From Pristiophorus japonicus (lineage: Eukaryota), in assembly GCF_044704955.1 (NCBI RefSeq), contig NC_091981.1, forward strand, positions 296,918,001-296,982,000: a stretch of DNA of 64,000 bases, read 5' to 3'. Below, in pieces: positions 52,990 through 64,000 of the stretch. Within the stretch, counting starts at the first letter, position 1; each line of letters opens with the position of its first letter. Made by a program: the position numbers and the translations under genes. The notes below the pieces were generated by a model. The model saw only the letters and a program-made list of their open reading frames with translations. It did not search any database and was not told the DNA's origin.

Positions 52990-55900
52990 ATTGAAGGAGT
53001 TGGAGCTGAGGGTGGATTCACTCTGGAGCATCCACGATGCTGAGAATGATGTGAGTAGCACGTGTAGCGAGTTGGTCTTACCGCAGGTGAAGGGTCCACA
53101 GCCAGATAGGGAATGGAAGACCAGCAGGAAGAGCAGTGCAAGGAAGGTAGTGCAGGGGTCCCCTGCGGTCATCCCCCTGCAAAACAGATACACCGCTTTG
53201 AGTACTGCTGAGGGGGATGACTCATCAGGGGAGAGCAGCAGCAGCCAAGCTCATGGCACTGTGGCTGGCTCTGCTGCACAGGAGGGCAGGAAAAAGAGTG
53301 GGAGAGGATTCAATTGTAAGGGGAATAGATAGGCGTTTCTGCGGCCGCAACCGAGACTCCAGGATGGTATGTTGCCTCCCCGGTGCAAGGGTCAAGGATG
53401 TCTCGGAGCGGGTGCAGGACATTCTGAAAAGGGAGGGTGAACAGCCAGTTGTCGTGGTGCACATTGGTACCAACGATATAGGTTAAAAAAAGGGATGAGG
53501 TCCTATGAGATGAATTTAAGGAGCTAGGAGCTAAATTTAAAAAGTAGGACCTCAAAAGTAGTAATCTCGGGATTGCTACCAGTGCCACGTGCTAGTCAGA
53601 GTAGGAATCGCAGGATAGCGCAGATGAATACATGGCTCGAGTAGTGGTGCAGCAGGGAGGGATTCAAATTCCTGGGGCATTGGAACCGGTTCTGGGGGAG
53701 ATGGGACCAGTACAAACCGGACGGTCTACACCTGGGCAGGACCGGAACCAATGTCCGAGGGGGAGTGTTTGCCAGTGCTGTTGGGGAGAACTTAAACTAA
53801 TATGGCAGGGGGATGGGAACCAATGCAGGGAGACGGAAGCAAAAGACAGAAAGGAGATGAGTAAAAGTGGAGGACAGAGAAACCCAAGGCAAAAAACAAA
53901 AAGGGCCACTGTACTGCAAAATTCTAAAGGGTCAAAGTGTAATAAAAAGGCAAGCATGAAAGCTCGGTGCCTCAATGCAAGGAGTATTCGGAACCCAGAA
54001 GAGGGCTCTGAGCTAGTTAGAGTGGGTGAGAGCTCAGATGAACAGGACCCCAAGAAAGAATGCAAAAGGCAGGAGGCAACAGAGCAGAGTAGCACTGGGG
54101 TAAGTGTAAACCACAAGGTGATAGGAAGGGACAATATGTATGAATATAAAGGGGCTGCAGGAGGGGTCAAAACTAAAAATCATGGTTTAAAAACTAGATT
54201 TAAAGCACTCTACCTAAACGCACGCAGCATTCGAAATAAAGTAAATGAGCTGACGGCACAAATCATTACAAATGGGTATGATTTGGTGGCCATTACAGAA
54301 ACGTGGTTGCAGGGTGGCCAAGACTGGGAATTAAACATACAGAAGTATCTGACAATTCGGAAAGATAGACAAGAAGGGAAAGGAGGTGAGGTAGCTCTGT
54401 TAATAAAGGATGATATTAGGGCAGTTGTGAGAGACGATATTGGCTCTAATGAACAAAATGTTGAATCATTGTGGGTGGAGATTAGAGATAGTAAGGGGAA
54501 AAAGTCACTGGTGGGCATAGTTTATAGGCCCCCAAATAATAACTTCACGGTGAGGCGGGCAATAATCAAGGGAATAATGGAAGCATGTGAAAAAGGAACG
54601 GCAGTAATCATGGGGGATTTTAACCTACATATCGATTGGTCAAATCAAATATCACGGGGTAGCCTTGAGGAGGAATTCATAGAATGCATACGGGATTGTT
54701 TCTTAGAACAGTATGTTACAGAACCTACTAGGGAACAAGCGATCTTGGATCTGGTCCTGTGTAATGAGACAGGAATAATAAACGATCTCCCAGTAAAAGA
54801 TCCTCTCGGAATGAGTGATCACAGTATGGTTGAATTTGTAATACAGATTGAGGGTGAGGAAGTAGTGTCTCAAACGAGCGTACTATGCTTAAACAAAGGG
54901 GACTACAGTGGGATGAGGGCAGAGTTGGCTAAAGTAGACTGGAAACACAGACTAAACAGTGGCACAATTGAGGAACAGTGGAGGACTTTTAAGGAGCTCT
55001 TTCATAGTGCTCAACAAAAATATATTCCAGTGAAAAAGAAGGGCAGTAAGAGAAGGGATAACCAGCCGTGGATAACCAAGAAAATAAAGGAGAGTATCAA
55101 ATTAAAAACCAATGCATATAAGGTGGCCAAGGTTAGTGGGAAACTAGAAGATTGGGAAAATTTTAAACGACAGCAAAGAATGACTAAGAAAGCAATAAAG
55201 AAAGTAAACTTGCGCAAAATATAAAAACAAATAGTAAAAGCTTTTACCGATATATAAAAAGGAAAAGAGTGACTAAAGTAAATGTTGGTCCCTTAGAAGA
55301 TGAGAAGGGGTATTTAATAATGGGAAATGTGGAAATGGCTGAGACCTTAAACAATTATTTTGCTTCGGTCTTCACAGTGGAAGACACAGAAACCATGCCA
55401 AAAATTGCTGGTCACGGGAATGTGGGAAGGGAGGACCTTGAGATAATCACTATCACTAGGGGGGTAGTACTGGACAGGCTAATGGGACTCGAGGTAGACA
55501 AGTCCCCTGGTCCTGATGAAATGCATCCCAGGGTATTAAAAGAGATGGCGGAAGTTATAGCAGATGCATTCGTTATAATCTACCAAAATTCTCTGGACCC
55601 TGGAGAGGTACCAGCGGATTGGAAAGCAGTTAATTTAATGCCTCTGTTTAAAAAAGGAGGCAGGCAAAAGGCAGGTAACTATAGGCTGGTTAGTTTAACA
55701 TCTGTAGTGGGGAAAATGCTTGAAGCTATCATTAAGGAAGAAATAGCGGGACATCTAGATAGGAATAGTGCAATCAAGCAGACGCAACATAGATTCATGA
55801 AGGGGAAATCATGTTTGACTAATTTACTGGAATTCTTTGAGGATATAATGAGCATGGTGGATAGAGGTATAACGATGGATGTGGTGTATTTAGATTTCCA

Positions 55901-57078
55901 AAAGGCATTCGATAAGGTGCCACACAAAAGGTTACTGCAGAAGATAAAGGTACGCGGAGTCAGAGGAAATGCATTAGCATGGATCGAGAATTGGCTGGCT
56001 AACAGAAAGCAGAGAGTCGGGATAAATGGGTCCTTTTCGGGTTGGAAATTGGTGATTAGTGGTGTGCCACAGGGATTGGTGCTGGGACCACAACTGTTTA
56101 CAATATACATAGATGACCTGGAAGAGGGGACAGAGTGTAGTGTAACAAAATTTACAGATGACACAAAGATTAGTGGGAAAGCGGGTTGTGTAGAGGACTC
56201 AGAGAGGCTGCAAAGAGATTTGGATAGGTTAAGCGAATGGGCTAAGGTTTGGCAGATGGAATACAATGTCGAAAAATGAGAGGTCATCCACCTTGGGGAC
56301 AAAAAAACAGTAAAAGGGAATATTATTTGAATGGGGAGAAATTACAACATGCTGTGGTGCAGAGGGACCTGGGGGTTGTGCATGAATCCCAAAAAGTTAG
56401 TTTGCAGGTGCAGCAGGTAATCAGGAAGGCAAATGGAATGTTGGCCTTCATTGCGAGAGGGATGGAGTACAAAAGCAGGGAGGTCCTGCTGCAACTGTAA
56501 GGGTATTGGTGAGGCCGCACCTGGAGTACTGCGTGCAGTTTTGGTCACCTTACTTAAGGAGGGATTATACTTGCTTTGGAGGGGGTACAGAGACGATTCA
56601 CTCGGCTGATTCTGGAGATGTGGGGGTTACCTTATGATAGATTGAGTAAACCGAGTCTTTACTCGTTGGAGTTCAGAAGGATGAGGGGTGATCTTATAGA
56701 AACATTTAAAATAATGAAAGGGATAGACAAGATAGAGGCGGAGAGGTTGTTTCCACCCGGGGAGACTAGAACTAGGGGGCACAGCCTCAAAATACGGGGG
56801 AGCCAATTTAAAACCGAGTTGAGAAGGAATTTCTTCTCCCAGAGGGTTGTGAATCTGTGGAATTCTCTGCCCAAGGAAGCAGTTGAGGCTAGCTCATTGA
56901 ATGTATTCAAATCACAGATAGATAGATTTTTAACCAATAAGGGAATTAAGGGTTACGGGGAGCGGGCGGGTAAGTGGAGCTGAGTCCACGGCCAGATCAG
57001 CCATGATCTTATTGAATGGCGGAGCAAGCTTGAGGGGCTAGATGGCCTACTCCTGTTCCTAATTCTTATGTTCTTATG
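52990..57078 (+). mobile_element. Near full-length CR1 LINE (ORF1 esterase part + ORF2 EN/RT + tail), mildly decayed
   Basis: ORF1: DSIVRG...CCLPGARVKDV...HIGTND. ORF2: KALYLNARSIRNK, ETWL, GDFN, SDH, GVPQG, FTDDTK. Tail TTCTTATGTTCTTATG. Inserted in an L2-type host. Confidence 0.95.
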
Positions 57079-57338
57079 ACACAGAGATCTTGGAGGGTTG
57101 TCGGGCTGGAGGAGATCACAGAGATACAAGAGAATTACAGAATGCTCCCTTAAATACACATGAATTGGGAAGAGAAATTTAAACTTAATATTCTGTGACC
57201 GACAAACCACGTGATAAATGTACAGATGCACAAGAGCAAGTGGTTAACAGGTTCATGCTGCAGAGTCTGGCACTTGGAGGATGCAATCAGAGTGTCAATA
57301 CAATCACTGGCCTCTTGCGCATCCCCTATTTTAATCGC

Positions 57339-57802
57339 TGTTATGTTTTCGGTACGACCTTTCAAAAACACCGATTTTAAGATGGCTGATAACTTCAGGA
57401 AGCCAGTCACGTGACTTGTTCCCTCTTTATTGTTGTAAACCGCAATGGCTGCAATGCCACAGTAGTCCACTGGGTGGAGCTATGTATATTCCACTTCTCC
57501 CTCCTTAATGAAGAAGTAATTATAACAAACGATCATCATACAAATAACTTGCATGGTTATACATAACAAACGATATGGACTTATTTTGCCATATTTACAA
57601 ATCAAGCTTAACCACTTGTTTTCTGTTTCGAAGAGGATACCTTCGCTCTCGAACAGAACCTTCCGATTATCCCATTCTCCGTCGCCAATGTTATGTTTTC
57701 AGTACGACCTCACAAACACGCTTTAAGATGGCTAATAACTTCAGGAAGCCAGTCACGTGACTTGTTCCCTTTTTATTGTTGTAAACAGCGATATATATTA
57801 CA
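57339..57802 (-). mobile_element. Miniature non-autonomous LTR retrotransposon (TRIM-like)
   Basis: LTRs at 57689-57802 and 57339-57493; PBS TGGCGACGGAGAATGGGAT; PPT AAGGAGGGAGAAG; TSD ATCGC/ATCAC; TG...CA outer ends. Confidence 0.82.
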
Positions 57803-58127
57803 ATCACTCCAGCATTGCCGCTGTGTTTTCAGCTGCCTAGGCCCTAAACTCTGGAATTCCCTCCCTAAACCTCTCCGCCTCTCTCTCCTCCTTTAAGATG
57901 CTCTTTAAAACCTGTCTAATCCGTCCTAATATCTCCTTATGTAGCTCAATCTCAAATTTGGTTTGATAATCGCTCCCGTGAAGCGCCTTGGGATGTTTTA
58001 CTGCGTGAAAGGCGCTATATAAATGCAAGTTGCTGTTGCTGGTCGGTATTTCGCTGGGTGATCTTTTACCGCTGCTTGCGGAGTCTGATGGGAATGATTT
58101 ATTCAAGCTGTTCAATTGAAAACGCAG

Positions 58128-58272
58128 ATGGTGAAAGGGACCAACGTTTACGGCATTCTCCGTGCCTCGAGGGCTGCCAGCACCGAATCCATCGTCCTCA
58201 GCACCCCTGTCGAAATCAGGCACAACAACCAGGCTGGCGGCCTACTCCTGGCTCTGGCCTCCTACTTCCGAG
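58128..58272 (+). CDS. GPAA1: GPAA1 coding exon 4
   Basis: [48 protein letters not shown](G); acgcag| ... |gtgaga; 145 bp, phase 0-1. Confidence 0.93.
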
Positions 58273-58576
58273 GTGAGAGTGCCCCTCAGATACACACGGC
58301 CCGATCGCTCCACTTCTCACCTCCCCTCTCTCCTTGGAGGGGCGGCTTGTACTGGCTTCCCCTCCTCGGACTACAAAGGGGTGGATGTTACCCTACTGTT
58401 GTGCAAAGGCCGCATCTGGAGTAACTGCGTTCAATACAGGCCCCCCCCCCAGGAGATGGCGTCCATAGTGTTTGGGGAGGGTGATGTCCAGTTATAGGGT
58501 GAGCAGTCGGGCACTATTTTATGTTTTGAGTTTGTGGTATAGAATGCGTTAAGGGTACAGAGTCTCAGTCAGACCC

Positions 58577-59707
58577 CATAAGAAATAGGAGCAGGAGTAG
58601 GCCATACGGCCCCTCGAGCCTGCTCCACCATTTAACACGATCATGGCTGATCCGATCATGGACTCAGCTCCACTTCCCCGCCCGCTCCCTATAACCCCTT
58701 ATTCGCTTATCGTTTAAGAAACTGTCTATTTCTGTCTTAAATTTATTCAATGACCCAGCTTCCACAGCTCTTTGAGGCAGCGAATTCCACAGATTTACAA
58801 CCCTCTGAGAGAAGAAATTTCTCATCTCAGTTTTAAATGGGCGGCCCCTTATTCTAAGATCGTGCCCTCTAGTTCTAGTCTCCCCCATCAGTGGAAACAT
58901 CCTCTCTGTATCCACCTTGTCGAGCCCCCTCATAATCTTATACATTTCGATAAGATCACCTCTCATTCTTCTGAATTCCAATGAGTAGAGGCCCAACCTA
59001 CTCAACATTTCCTCATAAGTCAACCCCCTCATCCCCGGGATTAACCGAGTGAACCTTCTCTGAACTGCCTCCAAAGCAAGTATATCCTTTCGTAAATATG
59101 GAAACCAAAACTGCACGCAGTACTCCAGGTGTGACCTCACCAATACTCTGTATAACTGTTGCAAGACTGCCCTGCTTTTCTAATCCATCCCCTTCGCAAT
59201 AAAGGCCAAGATTCCATTGGCCTTTCTGATCACTTGTTGTACCTGCATACTAACCTTTTGTGTTTTATGGACAAGGACCCCCAGGTCCCGCTGTACTGCA
59301 GCACTTTGCAATCTTTCTCCATTTAAATAATAACTTGCTCTTTGATTTTTTTTCTGCCAAAGTGCATGACCTCGCACTTTCCAACATTATATTCCATCTG
59401 CCAAATTTTTGCCCACTCACTTAGCCTGCCTATGTCCTTTTGCAGATTTTGTGTCCTCCTCACACATTGCTTTTCCTCCCATCTTTGTATCGTCAGCAAA
59501 CTTGGCTACGTTGCACTCAGTCCCTTCTTCCAAGTTGTTAATATAGATTGTAAATAGTTGAGATCCCTGCAGCACCCCACTAGTTGCTGTTTGCCAACTG
59601 GAACATGACCCGTTTATCCCGACTCTCTGTTTTCTGTTCATTAGCCAATCCTCTAACCATGCTAATATATTACCCCCAACCCCGTGAACTTTTATCTTGT
59701 GCAATAA
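58577..59707 (-). mobile_element. CR1 LINE RT and 3' end
   Basis: HKIKVHGVGGNILAW...FADDTK...LEYCVQFW...; tail at 58577. Confidence 0.9.
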
Positions 59708-60330
59708 CTGCCTTCAGTTCTGGACCCCACACCTCAGGAAGGATATGTTCGCCTGGCGGGTGGGGAGGGGGGGCGGGCGGGGGGGAGGGGCGGGGCGGCG
59801 GGGGGGAGGGGCGGGTGGGGAGGGGGGCGGGCGGGTGGGGAGGGGGGGTGGCAGCGGGAGGCAGATTCACCAGAATGATACCGGTGCTAAAAGGGTTCAT
59901 CTATGAGAACAGGTTGCCAAGACTAGGTTCATAATCCCTCGAGCTTAGAAGATCCAGGGGCGACCTGAGTGAGGTGTTTAAGACAATTAAAGGATTCATT
60001 AGGTTAGATCGAGAAACTATTTCCTCTGTTGGCGTGGGGGGAGTCCAGAACAAGGGGGCACCACCTTAAAATCAAAGCCAGGCCATTCAGGGGTGATGTC
60101 AGGAAGCACTTCTTCACACAAAGGGCAGTGGGAATCTGGAACTCTCCCTCAAAACGCTGATGATGTGGGGGGTCAATTGGAGCTTTCATGACTGGGATTG
60201 ATAGATTTTTGTTGGGTAAGAGACATGGAACCAAGGTGGGTAAATGGGGTTAAGATACAGACAGGCCATGATGTTATTGAGTGATGGAGCAGGTTCCAGG
60301 GGCTGAATGGCCTCCTACTGACTGTTCCTG
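59708..60330 (+). mobile_element. Old CR1 3' end containing a G-rich tract (59755-59850)
   Basis: QFWTPHLRKD...RFTRMIPVLKG; CR1-like 3' UTR. Confidence 0.7.
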
Positions 60331-60820
60331 TGGGTGAGTCAACCTTCACTAACATGTTGGTACATTTACCTCCTGAGCGACATGGGGAGCTTTGGTGCAG
60401 AAGTTTGCCAGTGATCTCGAACCCAAGTCCAAGGTCAGGTTGGTCAGTGCTGTACTGGACCATGGGTCTGACCCAAGATGCTGGTCTTTAATATGTCTGC
60501 TCCCCTCGTGCCTCGGGAAGAAGGATCACCGGCCGTGCGGTGCTGAGGTGAGCAGAGCAGGAAGATCCCAGCTTTGAGCTGGGTTGGCCGTCGGGGACGG
60601 AGGAATTGCTGGCCGCGCAAAGACCAAGGTCCGTCCAGTTCACCTTCGACCAACCCACAAGTGACCAAAGCCGCTGGGCCACAGCTCTCGCACCACAAGC
60701 GGCCTCGGCATCCCCACCTGTAACACATCCCGGCCTGATGGCCTGAACATCTCCCCAGGGAGCTCGCTCTCGAGAATCTGTGAGAGACGGGTTTGTCCGG
60801 TAACAGCTTGGATTTATATA

Positions 60821-61239
60821 CAGGCACCCCTCGATTATCCGGGTCCCTTGGGGATTGGGCTATACCGGGTAAACGATTTCTCCGTTAGAGCGAGCTGATA
60901 TTACCGTTAATGCTGACAGTACTGCAGGTGTGCTCTAACCAATAGCTGCAGCGTACCTTCTAATCCTTGAATTCTAGTCCTCTAGATCTAAAGACCATTA
61001 GGCTTGTTAATTACTTCCTGTAACTGTTCATGGCATTTTAATGAATTACGAGAGGCAGTGGACCTGTGTGCGAGCAGCAGCGGGAGCTGAGGCAAGGCAG
61101 AGTGCTCAAAAGCAAGGCTCAACAGGCAACATTCGAAAGGAATATCAGAGTTTCAAAGTGACGTCACACACACGGAATTTTAAATGCTGTTACAACGGTT
61201 TCCCGTTGCATCCGTGTGCGGATAATCGAGAGTTGCCTG
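60821..61239. mobile_element. Tc1/mariner (Tigger-like) MITE
   Basis: 21-bp TIRs CAGGCACCCCTCGATTATCCG / CGGATAATCGAGAGTTGCCTG (19/21 match), with TA on both sides. Confidence 0.85.
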
Positions 61240-61349
61240 TAGCTCCTTTTCATGTCGTAAAACGTGCCAAGGTGCTTCGCAGGAACGTTATCAGACAAGA
61301 AAGTTGACACCGAACCACATATGGAGAGATTAGGGCAGGTGCTTGGTCA

Positions 61350-61830
61350 ATCATAGACGTTTACAGCACGGAAGGAGGCCATTTCGGCCCATCGTGTCCG
61401 CACCGGCCGACCAAGAGCTGTCCAGCATAATCCCACTTTCCAGCTCTGGGTCCGTAGACCTGCAGGTTACGGCACTTCAGGTGCACATCCAGGTACTTTT
61501 TAAATGTGGTGAGGGTTTCTGCCTCTACCACCCTTTCAGGCAGTGAGTTCCAGACCCCCACCACCCTCTGGGTGAAGACATTTCCCCTCAAATCCCCTCT
61601 AAACCTTCTACCCATTACTTTAAATCTATGCCCCCTGTTGTTAACCCCTCTGCTAAGGGAAATAGGTCCATCCTATCCACCCTAGCTAAGCCCCTCAATT
61701 TTACACGCCTCAATAAGGTCTCTCCTCAGCCTCGTCTGTTGCAAAGAAAACAGACCCAGCCTATCCAATCTTTCCTCATAGCTAAAATTCTCCAGTCCAG
61801 GCAACATCCTCGTAAATCTCCTCTCTACCT
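61350..61830 (-). mobile_element. CR1 3' end nested in an L2-type element (61245-61995)
   Basis: GRRFRGDLRGNVFTQRVVGVWNSLPERVVEAETLTTFKKYLD. Confidence 0.8.
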
Positions 61831-62101
61831 TTTCTAAGTCAAGGAGTTAGGTTTTAGAGGGCGTCTTAAAGGAGGATAGAGAGGTAGAGAGGTTTAGGCA
61901 GGGAATTCGAGAGCTTAGGGCTCAGGCAGCTGAAGACACCGTCGCCAATGGTAGAGCGAAGGAAATTGGGGATGTTGAAGAGGCCTCCAATTTCAAATTG
62001 GCATCAACCCACAATAGAGACACTCAGTGTGGGAAATGGAAATGTCACAGTGATGCAACTGGGTGAGCTCGAAGGTTGGGCCCAAAGCTCTCGAATACAT
62101 T

Positions 62102-63415
62102 GTTGGGACAGTGTCGAGGGAGCTTTACTCTGTATCTAACCCCCTGTACCTGCCCTGGGAGTGTTTGATGGGACAGTGTCGAGGGAGCTTTACTCTGTAT
62201 CTAACCCCCTGTACCTGCCCTGGGAGTGTTTGATGGGACAGTGTAGAGGGAGCTTTACTCTGTATCTAACCCCCTGTACCTGCCCTGGGAGTGTTTGATG
62301 GGACAGTGTAGAGGGAGCTTTACTCTGTATCTAACCCCCTGTACCTGCCCTGGGAGTGTTTGATGGGACAGTGTAGAGGGAGCTTTACTCTGTATCTAAC
62401 CCGTGCTGTACCTGCCCTGGGAGTGTTTGATGGGACAGTGTAGAGGGAGCTTTACTCTGTATCTAACCCCGTGCTGTACCTGCCCTGGGAGTGTTTGATG
62501 GGATAGTGTAGAGGGAGCTTTACTCTGTATCTAACCCGTGCTGTACCTGCCCTGGGAGTGTTTGATGGGACAGTGTAGAGGGAGCTTTACTCTGTATCGA
62601 ACCCGTGCTGTACCTGCCCTGGGAGTGTTTGATGGGACAGTGTAGAGGGAGCTTTACTCTGTATCGAACCCGTGCTGTACCTGCCCTGGGAGTGTTTGAT
62701 GGGACAGTGTAGAGCGAGCTTTACTCTGTATCTAACCCGTGCTGTACCTGCCCTGGGAGTGTTTGATGGGACAGTGTAGAGGGAGCTTTACTCTGTATCG
62801 AACCCGTGCTGTACCTGCCCTGGGAGTGTTTGATGGGACAGTGTAGAGGGAGCTTTACTCTGTATCGAACCCATGCTGTACCTGCCCTGGGAGTGTTTGA
62901 TGGGACAGTATAGAGGGAGCTTTACTCTGTATCTAACCCCCTGTACCTGCCCTGGGAGGGTTTGATGGGACAGTGTAGAGGGAGCTTTACTCTGTATCTA
63001 ACCCCCTGTACCTGCCCTGGGAGTGTTTGATGGGACAGTGTAGAGGGAGCTTTACTCTGTATCTAACCCCGTGCTGTACCTGCCCTGGGAGTGTTTGATG
63101 GGACAGTGTAGAGGGAGCTTTACTCTGTATCTAGCCCCCTGTACCTGCCCTGGGAGTGTTTGATGGGACAGTGTAGAGGGAGCTTTACTCTGTATCTAAC
63201 CCCGTGCTGTACCTGCCCTGGGAGTGTTTGATGGGACAGTGTAGAGGGAGCTTTACTCTGTATCTAACCCCCTGTACCTGCCCTGGGAGTGTTTGATGGG
63301 ACAGTGTAGAGGGAGCTTTACTCTGTATCTAACCCGTGCTGTACCTGCCCTGGGAGTGTTTGATGGGACAGTGTAGAGGGAGCTTTACTCTGTATCTAAC
63401 CCCGTGCTGTACCTG
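62102..63415 (-). repeat. 67-bp satellite, reverse orientation (about 20 copies)
   Basis: Same unit as 30856 and 47327. Confidence 0.97.
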
Positions 63416-63682
63416 TCCACTACACTACCGTTATGGTTCTTTATGTGATGAGTCAGTTCTGGGTGAAATGGCCACGCCCCTGAATTGATGCAGTGCTTAT
63501 GTACTGAATACTGTTTGTGCCATCTCGGATACACTGGGTCAAAGACACCCGACCCTCTGGGATAAAGATCTGCCTTTAACTCATTCCCGGGTAATAGCAC
63601 TATGAGAACATTGGTTACTGGCTCCCACCTCAAGTGCTGTAAAGGAGCAGTGTTGCTGTTTCTAACACTGTTTATCCGACAG

Positions 63683-63784
63683 GTCAGATACACTGGGCCA
63701 AAGACATCATCTTCCTATTCAACGAGCACGACATGATCGGGATGGAGGCCTGGCTCGAAGCGTATCATGATGTCAACGTAACCG
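63683..63784 (+). CDS. GPAA1: GPAA1 coding exon 5 (gene continues beyond the right edge)
   Basis: (G)[33 protein letters not shown](G), with WAKD motif and NVT sequon; cgacag| ... |gtgaga; 102 bp. Missed by the ORF track. Confidence 0.95.
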
Positions 63785-64000
63785 GTGAGAAACACATATT
63801 GATTCTGCTTATCACATTCCAGCTTGAAAGAAATACTTGCATTTATATAGCGCCTTTCATGTCCTCAGGACGTCCCAAAGCGCTTCACAGCCAATGAAAT
63901 ACTTTTGGAGTGGAGTTATTGCTGCAATGTAGGAAACGTAGCAGCAAGCTTCCCCCAAAAAAGAATTTGAGAATGACCAGATAATCTATTTTACCTCCTC

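Noticed and set aside
53632-56983. Intact or domesticated reverse transcriptase gene
   Set aside because: Frameshifts and stops split ORF1 and ORF2 (breaks near 55224, 56279 and 56500), so this is a decayed CR1 copy.
49449-58127. Possible minor-class (U12) intron in GPAA1
   Set aside because: All introns in the window have ordinary GT-AG ends without the RTATCCTT 5' signature; any minor intron would lie beyond the right edge.

Overview
Vertebrate genomic DNA, most likely from a shark or other cartilaginous fish (inferred from DeuSINE/CR1/RTE repeat families and a 67-bp satellite). Three spliced genes were reconstructed by hand from GT-AG boundaries with consistent reading phases. (1) OPLAH (5-oxoprolinase), minus strand: 11 coding exons in the window, ATG at 25929, continuing off the left edge. 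(2) EXOSC4 (Rrp41), plus strand: complete, 3 exons, 245 aa. (3) GPAA1, plus strand: a probable non-coding first exon plus 5 coding exons, continuing off the right edge. OPLAH and EXOSC4 are head-to-head across a CCAAT/ZNF143-rich CpG-island promoter. Introns are filled with decayed CR1, RTE and L2 LINEs, DeuSINEs, MITEs and many minisatellites, and most long ORFs in the track are repeat artefacts. The strongest candidates for something undescribed are a complete 464-bp non-coding miniature LTR retrotransposon (TRIM-like: two LTRs, tRNA-Ser PBS, PPT, 5-bp TSD) at 57339-57802 and a one-ended Gypsy insertion with a 16-bp target duplication at 52298-52844. Also notable are several satellites seeded from retroelements, and tandem arrays built from transcription-factor motifs. 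No database searches were run; family names and orthologue comparisons come from recall and need checking.
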